Assembly (NCBI GenBank): GCA_040386535.1
Contig: JAZKFH010000061.1
Location: forward strand, 1-29,019
Direction of reading: 5' to 3'
Source: Myxococcota bacterium
GTDB taxonomy: Bacteria; Myxococcota_A; UBA796; SXON01
Length of the DNA: 29,019 nucleotides
Position numbers and translations under genes: made by a program. The notes under the pieces are model-generated. The model made no database searches. It was not told the DNA's origin and saw only the letters and a list, made by a program, of their open reading frames with translations. This document shows positions 18,656 through 28,663 of this stretch, one piece after another. The stretch's first letter is position 1, and each line of letters opens with the position of its first letter.

Positions 18656-18727
18656 GGAGAATTCCGGTGTGGGACGGGGGTAACGTCGTGAGCGGATGGA
18701 GATGCACGGGGCGGGGTGAGGAAGAGG

Positions 18728-18900
18728 CGGAATTCCGGAGAGGCAGGAATGCAGGAAACAAGGAAAGCAGGAGTGAATACCAGGATTTTCGGGTCGCCGT
18801 TCCTGCCCTCCTCTCCGCCTGCTTGCCGCTTTCCGGCTTCGGAATTCCGGAGAAGCAGGAATGCAGGAAACAAGGAAGGCAGGAGTGATGAACCAGGATT
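18728..18900. repeat. About 60-bp purine-rich direct repeat pair (period 112 bp)
   Basis: CGGAATTCCGGAGA.GCAGGAATGCAGGAAACAAGGAA.GCAGGAGTGA..ACCAGGATT at 18728 and 18840, with a pyrimidine-rich spacer. Confidence 0.85.
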
Positions 18901-18948
18901 CAGGTTTCGGAGGTGTGGAACATGGTGTACCGGTTGGTGCACGAGACA

Positions 18949-18962
18949 CCACTGATACATGG
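18949..18962 (+). promoter_or_regulatory. Candidate upstream activating sequence for the rtcB promoter
   Basis: CCACTGATACATGG, 13/14 identical to the reverse complement of 18150-18163. Confidence 0.55.
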
Positions 18963-19004
18963 TTGGTAGTGCGCCACGTGACGGGTCCACGCGGCTTTTG
19001 GCGG

Positions 19005-19020
19005 TGGCACGCCGCCTGCA
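19005..19020 (+). promoter_or_regulatory. Sigma-54 (-24/-12) promoter
   Basis: TGGCACGCCGCCTGCA (GG-N10-GC), ending 26 bp before the rtcB ATG, with GGGAGG RBS in between. Confidence 0.85.
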
Positions 19021-19046
19021 ACCATTGGGGGGTGCGGGAGGCGCGG

Positions 19047-20267
19047 ATGCGCACGATCAACGAGAACACGGTGCTGTTGGACGGCCCCGGGGTGTGGATG
19101 GAGGGCTCGGCCCTGGAGCAGCTGGCGCGGGTGGCCGCGTTGCCGGGGTGCGCCGCGGCGGCCGGAATGCCGGACCTGCACGCGGGGGCGGGGCCGATCG
19201 GGGCGGCGTTTGCGTTCTCGGACGGGGCGCATCCGGCGCTGATCGGGGGGGACGCGGGCTGCGGCGTGCGAATGGTGGCGCTCCGGGGGGTGAAGGCCGG
19301 CGGCGACGCGCTGGAGCGGCGGGTGCGCGAGCACACGGAGGGGCCTGCGCTGCCCGGTGTGGACCTGGGCGAGCTACTGGCCGCGGTGTGGGCGCGCGGG
19401 CCGGGTGGGCTCGCCGGGGTGGCGGGCGTTCCGGACTCACTCGTGGAGCTTGCGGAGCGGGTGGACGATGTCGGAGGACCGCCGTCGGGTGCGGTGCCGG
19501 AGGACGCGTCGTTGGCCGAGCAGCTCGGCACCACGGGCGCGGGCAACCACTTCCTGGAGCTGGGGCAGGTGGAGCGGGTGGTCGATCGCGACGCGGCGGG
19601 GCGCGCGGGCCTGGCGGCGGGGGAGCTGGTGGTGCTCGCGCACTCGGGGTCGCGGGGCCTGGGCTACCACCTCGCGACGCGCTGGCCGCGCGAGGCGCAC
19701 GAGACGCTCACGGGGGCGGGGCTCGCGGCGTGGCAGGGGGAGCTGGTCGGGGCGTGTCGGTTCGCGGCGGCGAACCGGCTGGTGCTGGCGTGGCGGATGT
19801 TGCTCGCGGTGGGGGCCGCCCGGCCCGGGAAGATCGCGGGGGCGCTCGACATCGTGCACAACACGGTCGAGACGGTGGACCATGGTGGGGCGCCCGCGTG
19901 GCTGCACCGCAAGGGGTGCGCGCCGGCGGGCGCGGGGCAGCTCACGGTGGTGCTCGGGAGCCGCGGCGCGCCGTCGTTCGTGATGGAGGGGCTGGGCTGC
20001 GAGGCGGCGCTCTCGTCGGTGGCGCACGGCGCGGGCCGGCGCATGACGCGGACGGAGGCGCGCGAGAAGGTGCGCGCGAAACACACCCGCGCGAGCCTGA
20101 CGCGCACGACGCTGGGGAGCCGCGTGCTCTGCGACGACCCCGCGCTGCTCTACGAGGAGCACCCCGACGCGTACAAGCCGATCGTCCCCGTGGTGGACGC
20201 GCTGGAGGCCGCCGGGGCCGCGCGCCGGGTCGCCGAGGTGCGCCCGGTGATCACGGTGAAGTGGTGA
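19047..20267 (+). CDS. rtcB: RtcB-family RNA ligase, PrfH-associated (RtcB2) type
   Basis: MPDLH, GGDAGCG, GNHFLE, HSGSRG, HN, HRKG, HGAGR, EEHPDAYK; RBS GGGAGG; 406 aa. Confidence 0.92.
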   Translation: MRTINENTVLLDGPGVWMEGSALEQLARVAALPGCAAAAGMPDLHAGAGPIGAAFAFSDGAHPALIGGDAGCGVRMVALRGVKAGGDALERRVREHTEGPALPGVDLGELLAAVWARGPGGLAGVAGVPDSLVELAERVDDVGGPPSGAVPEDASLAEQLGTTGAGNHFLELGQVERVVDRDAAGRAGLAAGELVVLAHSGSRGLGYHLATRWPREAHETLTGAGLAAWQGELVGACRFAAANRLVLAWRMLLAVGAARPGKIAGALDIVHNTVETVDHGGAPAWLHRKGCAPAGAGQLTVVLGSRGAPSFVMEGLGCEAALSSVAHGAGRRMTRTEAREKVRAKHTRASLTRTTLGSRVLCDDPALLYEEHPDAYKPIVPVVDALEAAGAARRVAEVRPVITVKW

Positions 20268-20845
20268 CCCGCCTGGTGGTGTCGTCCGGACGCGGTCCGG
20301 TCGAGGTGCGGCGGTTCGTCGCGTGGCTCGTGGCGGCGCTGAACGCGGGGCTCGACGGGCGGATCGTGGGGTGGGAGGGGGCCGAGGATGCCCCGACGTC
20401 CGTGATCGTAGAGGTGGCGGGGGACGCGGGGCCCTGGCTCGGCACGCACGTGCTGGTGGCGACGATGCGGGGGCGGGGCGCGCGGCGGCGGTGGTTCGCC
20501 TCGGTGCGGGCGGAGGCGTCGGTGATGCCGACGGTGGCGCTGGGGCGCGTGCGGATGACGGCTGCGCGCGCGGGCGGGCCCGGCGGGCAGAACGTGAACA
20601 AGCGGGCGACGGCGGTGCGGGCGGAGTCGGTAGAGCTCGGGATCGCGGTGCGCGTCTCCGAGACGCGGAGCCAGGCGCAGAACCGTCGGTTGGCGGAGGA
20701 GCGTCTGGTGGAGCGGGTGGTCGCAGCAAACGCGGTGCAGGTGGCGACGCGGCGGGCGGAGCGGCGGGAGGGCCATGGGCGGCTGGAGCGGGGGCGGGCG
20801 GTGATGGGGTGGGTGATCGGGGAGGGAGGGATCGTGCGCGAATAG
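20264..20845 (+). CDS. prfH: Peptide chain release factor H-like (PrfH)
   Basis: GTG start overlapping the rtcB stop (GTGA); SSGRGP.E, WLGT, RRRWF, GGPGGQNVNK..TAVRA, RSQ..N, H..LERG; 193 aa. Confidence 0.85.
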   Translation: MTRLVVSSGRGPVEVRRFVAWLVAALNAGLDGRIVGWEGAEDAPTSVIVEVAGDAGPWLGTHVLVATMRGRGARRRWFASVRAEASVMPTVALGRVRMTAARAGGPGGQNVNKRATAVRAESVELGIAVRVSETRSQAQNRRLAEERLVERVVAANAVQVATRRAERREGHGRLERGRAVMGWVIGEGGIVRE

Positions 20846-21056
20846 ATCGCGGCAGGCGCCCGGAGAGCGGCCGGCTGGGCTGGCCGGTTCGGCGCCTCGA
20901 CGCCGGGAGGCGGCGACCGCGCCAACCGAGCGCGGAGCGCGGAGGGGCCCGACAGGCCGCGGGGTCCCGTGGCGCGCGTCCCCGCGCGTCATGGGCGCGG
21001 CCGTGTGCTGCCGCCGCGCCGCCCAGGCGCCGGGCCGCCCAGGGGCTAGCGAACGT

Positions 21057-22052
21057 TCAGAGGCCGATCACGACCTCACCTTCGACGTTCACGTAGCCGA
21101 AGCGCCCCGGCTTCCGCGCGTCGGGCACCACGCGGGCGAGCCCGTCGGCGAAGGCCTCCACGTGCGCGTAGATCGGCGGGATCACGACGGTTCCCGCGCG
21201 ATCGATGAACCCGGAGTGGCCGGACGGCAGCGTGTAGACGGCGCGCCCGTGCGAGAAGCCGCCGGCGTGCTCGCGGCGCGCGGAGATGACGACGGCACCG
21301 TCGCGACCGAGGTAGGCCTTCTGGAGCGAGTCTGTCGGATCGGGCGCGCGTACGAGCCCCTCGGAGAACGAGGCGAGCGCGAGGTAGGGCAGCCCCCAAC
21401 GAAACGCCTCGCGGCCCTCCCGGTCGACGAACGAGACGATGTCGTCGGCGTCCTGGACGCACGCGAGCCCGTCGGAGAACGGCGCCGCGGCCTTCCACCG
21501 CGGCGGCAGGGCCCAGGTTCCGGCGGCGTCGACGAAGCCCCACAGGCCCGTGTCCACGTCCGCGGCGGCCGCGAGGCCCTCGGTGAACGGGCACGCGCGC
21601 ATCGTGAGGTCACGATCGTTGCGGGACCCCGCGAAGACCGCGGTGCCGACTCGCTCGCCGGCGCTGTCGACCAGCTCCAGGCCGGCGCCGGGCTCGCGCT
21701 CGACGAACGCGCGCCCGCCCGCGAGGGCCCCCACCTTGTACCAGTGCCCGCCGCCCGCGGAGGCGCCGTTCCGGTCGACGAAACCCCACCGCAGCACGCC
21801 CTTCGTCTTCACGGCGACCGCGGCGCGTCCCTCCGAGAAGGGGCGCGCGCTGTCCCACCGCGGCTCCACGATCCAGGCGCCGGTGTCGTCGATGAAGCCG
21901 GCCTTCTTCTTGTCGAGGGCCAGGGCGCGGCCGTCGACGAAGCGCGCGGTCCCGCCGATGGGGAGCGAGGTGAAGCGGGGCGCGATGACGACGGCGCCGC
22001 GGGCGTCGGCGTAGCCGTAGCGGAGGCCGTCGAAGATGGGGAACAGCGCCAT
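21057..22052 (-). CDS. WG (KWG) repeat beta-propeller-like protein
   Basis: About 7 repeats of [FY]SEG.A.V....WGFVD..G...I.P; start at 22052 or 22067. Confidence 0.88.
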   Translation of the reverse strand: MALFPIFDGLRYGYADARGAVVIAPRFTSLPIGGTARFVDGRALALDKKKAGFIDDTGAWIVEPRWDSARPFSEGRAAVAVKTKGVLRWGFVDRNGASAGGGHWYKVGALAGGRAFVEREPGAGLELVDSAGERVGTAVFAGSRNDRDLTMRACPFTEGLAAAADVDTGLWGFVDAAGTWALPPRWKAAAPFSDGLACVQDADDIVSFVDREGREAFRWGLPYLALASFSEGLVRAPDPTDSLQKAYLGRDGAVVISARREHAGGFSHGRAVYTLPSGHSGFIDRAGTVVIPPIYAHVEAFADGLARVVPDARKPGRFGYVNVEGEVVIGL

Positions 22053-22106
22053 GGCGAATCGTGCCATGGTTGCGTCGGCGCACCGTTTCTTTTGCCCGGA
22101 GGTCCC

Positions 22107-22478
22107 ATGACCCGATCGCTCTTCCTCCTTGCCCTCCTCGCCGGCTGCCCCGCGTCCACCGAGCCGACCGTCACCACCCTCACCGACCAGGGCACCGCCT
22201 GCCTGAGCGACGCGGGCGAGATCGTGGTCACCTTCCCTGGCTGCATCTCGTCGAGCTGCGACACAGTGACCAGCGCCAGCTGCACCGCGGAGCTGGTCGA
22301 CGGCGTGCTCGTGGTGCACGCCGAGGCGGTCATCGAGAGCCTGGGTGACGAGTGCACCGACGACTGCGGCATCGTCCAGGCCCGCTGCGCGGCGCCGATC
22401 ATCGAGGACCCCGAGGGCGTGACGTTGTCCTACGCGGGGACCGAGACGCCGCTGGACGAGGGGTGCGTGGTGTTCTGA
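22107..22478 (+). CDS. Small Cys-rich lipoprotein (123 aa)
   Basis: GGAGG RBS, lipobox LAGC, eight further Cys including CTDDC. Confidence 0.82.
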   Translation: MTRSLFLLALLAGCPASTEPTVTTLTDQGTACLSDAGEIVVTFPGCISSSCDTVTSASCTAELVDGVLVVHAEAVIESLGDECTDDCGIVQARCAAPIIEDPEGVTLSYAGTETPLDEGCVVF

Positions 22479-22693
22479 GGAACAGGGGCGGCTCACGCGC
22501 CCGGTGGACGGACCGTCGTCGCCCGCGCCTGCTCCGCAGGTGACGATGGAGCGGGGCGGCGGGCGCCCCGCGCGGACGGACGGCGCAGCCGTCGCGGAGG
22601 GGCCGGCGCGAGCGCTGCGAGCGCACCCGGCGGCAAGCCGGGCAGGCCTCGCAGCCCGCCCCCGGAGCCGAGCGCAAAGCGAGGCGTGAGGGG

Positions 22694-22826
22694 GGGCAGG
22701 TCGGCTGCGGGCGCGCGGCGGAGCCGCTTGGTCGGCCGGGCAAGGGGCATCGAAGGCGAAGGGTAGGCTCGCGTGCGCCCGGCCGGACCAGCCGCCGGAG
22801 GCGGCTGCCCTCCGCGCCCTTGGCGC
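22694..22826. repeat. Dispersed intergenic repeat, copy 2
   Basis: Same blocks as 10946-11074 with a different loop sequence. Confidence 0.8.
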
Positions 22827-23003
22827 GGGCGTGGTGGTGGACGTGGGTGGTGGGTGCGGGCGGTGGCGTTGGCGGCGGGCGCGGCGGCCGTGAGTCGGGG
22901 GTCTGGCTGTAAATCCGCGACTCGTGGCCGCTCGTGGCACCGCGCCGTTGCGCCCCCGACGCCGCCGGCCCAGATGCGCGTCATCCCGGGGGAGTTGAAG
23001 TAT

Positions 23004-23383
23004 CAATGCCTATGCACTTCCCTCAGGCGCCCGTGCAGATCGGCAGGCCGTCGCTCCCGAGGTTTCCCGAGCCCACCGCCGACCCCCCAATCGCGGGCCG
23101 CCGCGGGGACCCGACCGCAGGGTCATGGGTCATGTCCCTATGAATGCACGCGGCACGGAGTCATGCCGGGTTGAATGCTCGGGTCCAGGCTGCGCCGCCC
23201 CCGGGCTGCCGAAAAAGCCCTTGGTTCCGTGGTAGCAGCAGTGGGAAGCCCTCACTTGACGGGAATGAACTGGATTTAGCGGCGTTCATGGTGGCATGAC
23301 TCCGATTTAGCGGCGTTGAGGCGGGCATGACCCCGCCATCGATGCGCTCGTACTCAAGCGCTGAGCGAGGTGCATAGGTATTG
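23004..23383. mobile_element. MITE-like non-autonomous element (380 bp), IS4-like ends
   Basis: Imperfect terminal inverted repeats CAATGCCTATGCACTTCCCTCAGGCGC / CAATACCTATGCACCTCGCTCAGCGC; AAGTAT duplicated on both flanks (22998-23003, 23384-23389); lower GC; no transposase ORF. Confidence 0.75.
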
Positions 23384-23774
23384 AAGTATCTGGGCCCCGA
23401 GATGACGCCGTTTGGCCGCGCTGGCGTCATCTGGGAGGGGGGATTCGGGCATCTGGGGCCCGAGATGGCGGGCTGCTCCAAGATGGCGCGGCTGCAGGGG
23501 GCACCCGGACGGGGAGGTCGCGCCGAGGTCGCGCGTCGATAGCGCCGGCGTCTCTCGACTGCGGGGGGTATCGAACCATCGAGATGCCCAGCGCACCGGG
23601 CTCCGCGGCAGGCGACCGGACGGCGGCCGCGCAGCGGCCGGTCCCGGCCCCGCTCCGTCCTCGGAGCGGGGCCGGACCGAGCCCGGACGGGCGAGCCGGG
23701 AGGGGGCCGACGGCGGGCTCGGCCGCCGGGCCGCCCGCGTGCATTCGTCGGCTTGCGCCGCGGAGCCTCCACGC

Positions 23775-24599
23775 CTACGGCCAGTCCTCGCAGCGATCGA
23801 GGAGCATGCTGCAGGTTCGCAGGCGCATCGGCCTCCCTTCCAGGGCGTGGTCGCCCACCCGGCCCGCGAGGAGGTGCCACCGTCGGGCCTCGTCGGCGGG
23901 CGTGCTCTGCGGTCGCTGGAAGACGCCGAGGCCGTACCCTTCGCCCAAGCGCTCCAGGCGCACCATGGCGACGCCGTTGTCTCCGAACGCGCCCATCGTG
24001 AGCAGCGCCTCGCCCGTGGCCCGCGCCTGGGCGGGCGTGGCGCCACCGCGGTACTCGACGATGTGCCCGGTCTTCAGCGTGACCTGGCGGAACAGCGCGT
24101 CCGGTCCGAGGACCGTGAGCGGCACGATCAGCACCGCGACGAGCGAGACGAGGGCGAGGCCCACCGCGCTCACGACGCCCCGCGAGGGCGCCTGCCCCGC
24201 GCCGCCCAGGGCCGCCACCAGTCGGGAATTGAGCCGGGCGACCAGGACGCGCGCGGCCAGGGCGACCGCGATGGAGATGGCGTTCGCCGCGTGCGCGGGG
24301 AGCGAGGCGTCGAAGAACACCAGGAGCGAGGCGAGCGCCACGCCGATCAGCGCACACGCCCACGCCTCCCGCGGCCTTCCCGCCGCCCGGAAGTTGTACG
24401 CGGCCGCGAGCCCCGCAGCGCCGGTGCCCCCCACGAGCGCCGCCCCGAGCACCTGGTTGGGGGTGGGCGACCGGATGGCGGTTGTGCTCGGAGGGGGGGC
24501 GGGCGAGCGGGGGGCCCGTGGGCTCGGCGTCTCGACGGGTCTGGCTCTCCCCTGAGATCTGACATTCCGCAGGGCCTGACCCCTCCCCGAGGCTCGCAT
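23775..24599 (-). CDS. Hypothetical membrane protein (about 4 TM plus soluble C-terminal domain); start uncertain
   Basis: P.QV..AALVGG..A.....YNFRA.G pattern and hydrophobic helices; the N-terminal ~45 codons are low-complexity and overlap a repeat. Confidence 0.65.
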   Translation of the reverse strand: MRASGRGQALRNVRSQGRARPVETPSPRAPRSPAPPPSTTAIRSPTPNQVLGAALVGGTGAAGLAAAYNFRAAGRPREAWACALIGVALASLLVFFDASLPAHAANAISIAVALAARVLVARLNSRLVAALGGAGQAPSRGVVSAVGLALVSLVAVLIVPLTVLGPDALFRQVTLKTGHIVEYRGGATPAQARATGEALLTMGAFGDNGVAMVRLERLGEGYGLGVFQRPQSTPADEARRWHLLAGRVGDHALEGRPMRLRTCSMLLDRCEDWP

Positions 24600-24658
24600 C
24601 CCCACGATCCGCTCCCGGCGCGGCTGAGGTTTGACATCCCGCAGGGTCAGACCCCCTC
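24552..24658. repeat. Imperfect ~34-bp direct repeat pair with GGGTCAGACCCC-type core
   Basis: CTGAGATCTGACATTCCGCAGGGCCTGACCCC at 24552 and CTGAGGTTTGACATCCCGCAGGGTCAGACCCC at 24624. Confidence 0.75.
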
Positions 24659-24745
24659 CGTTCCTGCGGTCGTCACGTTCGGTAGCCGGGGCCCGCGTCG
24701 GGAGGCTCCCGGCGGGATAACAGCCGCCCCCGATCAGGAGGCCCC

Positions 24746-27700
24746 ATGTTCGTGCTCGCCGGTGGTCCTGCGCGCTCCTCCTTCCGCCTCGAGAAGGTGC
24801 TCGCCGCAGCCCGGAAGCTCGCGCCCGGCCTCACGGGGCTGCAGGCCGGCTGGCTGCACTTCGTCGATGCGGCGGAGCTGCCGACGGCCGCGGCGCGCGA
24901 CGTGCTCGACCGCCTGCTCGACTACGAGATCGACGCCCCCGCGCTGCTCCCACACGTGGACGTGGTGGTGGTGCCGCGGCCCGGCACGATCTCGCCGTGG
25001 TCGACCAAGGCCACCGACATCGCCCGCGGCTGCGGCGTGGACGTGGGGCGGCTGGAGCGCGGCGTCGGCTGGGCGCTGCTCGGCACGGTCACGCCCGAGG
25101 AGCGGCTCGCGCTCCTGCCGCTGCTGCACGACCGGATGACGGAGGCGGTGCTCCCCTCGGTGGACGACGCCGACGTGTTGTTCCGGCGCGAGGCGCCGCG
25201 CCCGTTCGCGCGGGTGCCGCTGCTCGAAGGCGGGCGCGGGGCGCTCGAAGCCGCGGATCGTCGCCTCGGGTTGGCGCTCGCGTCGGACGAGATCGACTAC
25301 CTCGTGGGGGCGTTCGGCGCGCTGGGGCGCGATCCCACCGACGTGGAGCTCATGATGTTCGCGCAGGCGAACAGCGAGCATTGCCGCCACAAGATCTTCA
25401 ACGCGAGCTGGACGCTGGACGGCGCGGCGGTCGACCGCTCGTTGTTCAAGATGGTGCGCCACACCCACGCGTCCCACGAAGCGTCGGGGGCGCCCGGCAA
25501 GGTGCTCTCCGCGTACAGCGACAACGCCGCGGTGGTCGAGGGCTACGAGGTGGAGCGGTTCTTCGCCGATGCCGACGGTGTGTACCGCGCGCATGCCGAG
25601 GCCGCGCACCTGCTGATGAAGGTGGAGACGCACAACCACCCCACCGGCATCTCGCCCCACGCGGGCGCGGCCACCGGGGCGGGCGGCGAGATCCGCGACG
25701 AGGGCGCCACCGGGCGCGGCGCGCGGCCCCGGGCGGGCCTGACCGGGTTCACCGTGAGCGACCTGCGCCTGCCGGGCGCGGTGCGGCCATGGGAGTCGAC
25801 CGTCGGCACGTCGCCGCGCATGGCGAGCGCGCTCGACATCATGATCGAGGGGCCGCTGGGCGGCGCCGCGTTCAACAACGAGTTCGGGCGGCCGAACCTG
25901 AACGGCTACTTCCGCACGTTCTGCCTCGCGGTCGACACGGACGCGGGCCGCGAGGTGCGCGGGTTCCACAAGCCGGTGATGGTGGCGGGCGGGTACGGAA
26001 ACCTGCGCGACGGCCACGTCCTGAAGGAGCGGGTGCCCGAGGACGCCGCGATCGTCGTGCTTGGCGGGCCGGCGATGCTCATCGGGCTCGGCGGCGGCGC
26101 GGCGTCCAGCGTGGGAACCGGCGATCTCGCGCATGCGGACCTCGACTTCGCCAGCGTGCAGCGGGCCAACCCCGAGATGCAGCGCCGCGCCCAGGAGGTC
26201 ATCGACCGTTGCTGGGCGATGGGCGACAAGAACCCGATCCGCTCGGTGCACGACGTGGGCGCGGGCGGGCTCTCCAACGCGCTCCCCGAGCTGGTGAACG
26301 ACGCGGGCCGCGGCGCCCGCTTCGAGCTGCGCGACGTGCCGACCGACGAGCCGGGCCTCTCCCCGCTCGAGCTCTGGTGCAACGAGGCCCAGGAGCGCTA
26401 CGTCCTGGCGATCGCGCCGGCCGACATCCCCACGTTCGCGGCGCTGTGCGAGCGCGAGCGCGCGGTGTGGGCGGTGGTCGGCACCGCCACGCCCGAGGGC
26501 TGGCTGCGCCTGGACGACAAGCTCCTCCACGCGCCGCCGATCGACCTCCCGCTCGATCTGCTGTTCGGCAAGCCGCCGAAAATGCATCGCGACGCGGTGC
26601 GCACCGGCCCCGCCCGGGACGCCGAGCTGGAGCCCGCGGGCGGCGCCGGCCGGGACGTGACCGAGGCGCTCTACCGCCTCCTCGCGCTGCCGACGGTGGC
26701 GAGCAAGGAGTTCCTCATCACCATCGGCGACCGCTCGGTGACCGGGACCGTCGTGCGCGACCAGATGGTCGGGCCGTGGCAGGTACCGGTGGCGGACGTG
26801 GCGGTCACGGCCACCGACTACGTGGGCTACCGCGGCGAGGCGATGGCGATGGGCGAGCGCCCCCCGGTCGCGTTGTTGGACGGCCCTGCGAGCGGGCGGC
26901 TGGCCGTCACCGAGGCGCTCACCAACCTGCTCGCAGCCGACGTCGGCGAGCTGTCCCGCGTGGTGCTGTCGGCCAACTGGATGTGCGCGGCCGGCCACCC
27001 CGGCGAGGACGGGCGGCTCGTCGACACGGTGCACGCCGTCGCGATGGAGCTCTGCCCGGCGCTCGGGATCGCGATCCCCGTCGGCAAGGACTCGATGTCG
27101 ATGCGCGCGGCGTGGAAGGACGAGGCGGGCGACCACAAGGTCGTCTCCCCGCTCACGCTGGTGATCACGGCGTTCGCGCCCGTGCGGGACGTGCGCCGCA
27201 CGCTCACGCCGCAGCTCCGCACCGACGTGCCGAGCGCGCTGGTGCACGTGGACCTGTCGGACTGGAAGGGGCGGCTCGGCGGCTCGGCGGCCAGCCAGGT
27301 GTACGGCGGGCTCGGCGGCGCGCCCGCGGACCTCGACGATCCGGCGCGGCTGATCGGGCTCTGGAACGTGGTCGGCGCGTGGCGCGACCGCATCCTCGCG
27401 TGGCACGACGTGTCCGACGGCGGGCTCGCCATCACGCTCGTGGAGATGATGTTCGCCGGGCACTGTGGCGTGGACGTGCGCATCGGCGACGGCTTCCGCG
27501 ATCTGTTCGCCGAGGAGCCGGGCGGTGTCATCCAGGTGGCGGCGGCCGACGTGGACGCGTTGTTGATCGATCTGGCGGCCTACGGGGTGCCCGCCCGCCA
27601 CATCGGCGGCGTCGCGACCGACGATCACCTGACCGTGCGCGATCCCGACGGGGTGCTGATCCGCGAGGATCGCGTGGCGCTGCACCGCGCGTGGAGCGAG

Positions 27701-28621
27701 ACCTCGTGGCGCATCCAGACGCTGCGCGACGACCCGACGTGTGCGCTCGAGGCGTACGACGCGCTGCTCGACCGCGACGATCCGGGGCTCTCGGCGACGC
27801 TCACGTTCGATCCGGCCGCGGACATCGCGGCGCCGTACCTCGCCAAATCGTCCCACGGGCGGGGGGCGCGTCCGCGCGTCGCCATCCTCCGCGAGCAGGG
27901 TGTGAACGGGCACGTGGAGATGGCCGCGGCGTTCCACCGCGCGGGCTTCGAGCCGGTAGACGTGCACATGTCCGACATCCTCGGCGGGCGCGACGATCTG
28001 ACGGCCTACCGGGGGCTGGCCGCGTGCGGCGGCTTCTCCTACGGCGACGTGCTCGGCGCCGGCGGCGGCTGGGCCAAGAACATCCTGTTCCACGCGCGCA
28101 CCCGCGCCCTGTTCGCGGCGTTCTTCGAGCGGCGCGACACGTTCTCGCTCGGCGTGTGCAACGGATGCCAGATGATGTCGCAGCTTCGTGAGTTGGTTCC
28201 CGGGGCCGAGGGCTGGCCGCGCTTCGTGAAGAACCGCTCCGAGCAGTTCGAGGCGCGCGTGGCGATGTTGCGCATCGAGGCGAGCCCCAGCCTGTTCTTC
28301 ACCGGCATGGAGGGGAGCCACATCCCCGTCGCGGTGGCGCACGGCGAGGGGCGCGCGCTCTACGCCGAGGGGCAGACCGGGATCGTGTCGGCGCGGTTCG
28401 TCGACCGTCGCGGCGAGGTCACCTCGCGTTACCCCCAGAACCCCAACGGCTCGCCCGACGGCATCACCGCGGTCACGACGACCGACGGCCGCGCGACCCT
28501 GCTCATGCCGCACCCGGAGCGCGTGTTCCGCACGGTCACCAACTCGTGGCACCCCCCGGGGTGGGGCGAGGACGGGCCGTGGATGCGGATGTTCCGGAAT
28601 GCGCGGGTTTGGGTGGGGTAG
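24746..28621 (+). CDS. purL: Phosphoribosylformylglycinamidine synthase, large fused form
   Basis: [55 protein letters not shown]; 1291 aa; AGGAGG RBS. Confidence 0.98.
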   Translation: MFVLAGGPARSSFRLEKVLAAARKLAPGLTGLQAGWLHFVDAAELPTAAARDVLDRLLDYEIDAPALLPHVDVVVVPRPGTISPWSTKATDIARGCGVDVGRLERGVGWALLGTVTPEERLALLPLLHDRMTEAVLPSVDDADVLFRREAPRPFARVPLLEGGRGALEAADRRLGLALASDEIDYLVGAFGALGRDPTDVELMMFAQANSEHCRHKIFNASWTLDGAAVDRSLFKMVRHTHASHEASGAPGKVLSAYSDNAAVVEGYEVERFFADADGVYRAHAEAAHLLMKVETHNHPTGISPHAGAATGAGGEIRDEGATGRGARPRAGLTGFTVSDLRLPGAVRPWESTVGTSPRMASALDIMIEGPLGGAAFNNEFGRPNLNGYFRTFCLAVDTDAGREVRGFHKPVMVAGGYGNLRDGHVLKERVPEDAAIVVLGGPAMLIGLGGGAASSVGTGDLAHADLDFASVQRANPEMQRRAQEVIDRCWAMGDKNPIRSVHDVGAGGLSNALPELVNDAGRGARFELRDVPTDEPGLSPLELWCNEAQERYVLAIAPADIPTFAALCERERAVWAVVGTATPEGWLRLDDKLLHAPPIDLPLDLLFGKPPKMHRDAVRTGPARDAELEPAGGAGRDVTEALYRLLALPTVASKEFLITIGDRSVTGTVVRDQMVGPWQVPVADVAVTATDYVGYRGEAMAMGERPPVALLDGPASGRLAVTEALTNLLAADVGELSRVVLSANWMCAAGHPGEDGRLVDTVHAVAMELCPALGIAIPVGKDSMSMRAAWKDEAGDHKVVSPLTLVITAFAPVRDVRRTLTPQLRTDVPSALVHVDLSDWKGRLGGSAASQVYGGLGGAPADLDDPARLIGLWNVVGAWRDRILAWHDVSDGGLAITLVEMMFAGHCGVDVRIGDGFRDLFAEEPGGVIQVAAADVDALLIDLAAYGVPARHIGGVATDDHLTVRDPDGVLIREDRVALHRAWSETSWRIQTLRDDPTCALEAYDALLDRDDPGLSATLTFDPAADIAAPYLAKSSHGRGARPRVAILREQGVNGHVEMAAAFHRAGFEPVDVHMSDILGGRDDLTAYRGLAACGGFSYGDVLGAGGGWAKNILFHARTRALFAAFFERRDTFSLGVCNGCQMMSQLRELVPGAEGWPRFVKNRSEQFEARVAMLRIEASPSLFFTGMEGSHIPVAVAHGEGRALYAEGQTGIVSARFVDRRGEVTSRYPQNPNGSPDGITAVTTTDGRATLLMPHPERVFRTVTNSWHPPGWGEDGPWMRMFRNARVWVG

Positions 28622-28663
28622 GGTTTCGGGGGGTTGGGTCTGGGCGCCCCCCGCCCGCAGGGC

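Noticed and set aside
18861..19046. N-terminal extension of RtcB, and an RtcB/PrfH frameshift fusion via ORF 18959..20845
   Set aside because: The sigma-54 promoter and RBS define ATG 19047; prfH has its own GTG overlapping the rtcB stop
18660..19046. Y RNA or tRNA-like gene as found in some rtc operons
   Set aside because: No cloverleaf or T-loop motif seen, and the promoter sits immediately before rtcB
23004..23383. Autonomous IS or transposase pseudogene
   Set aside because: Too short, with no DDE- or HUH-like peptide in any listed frame
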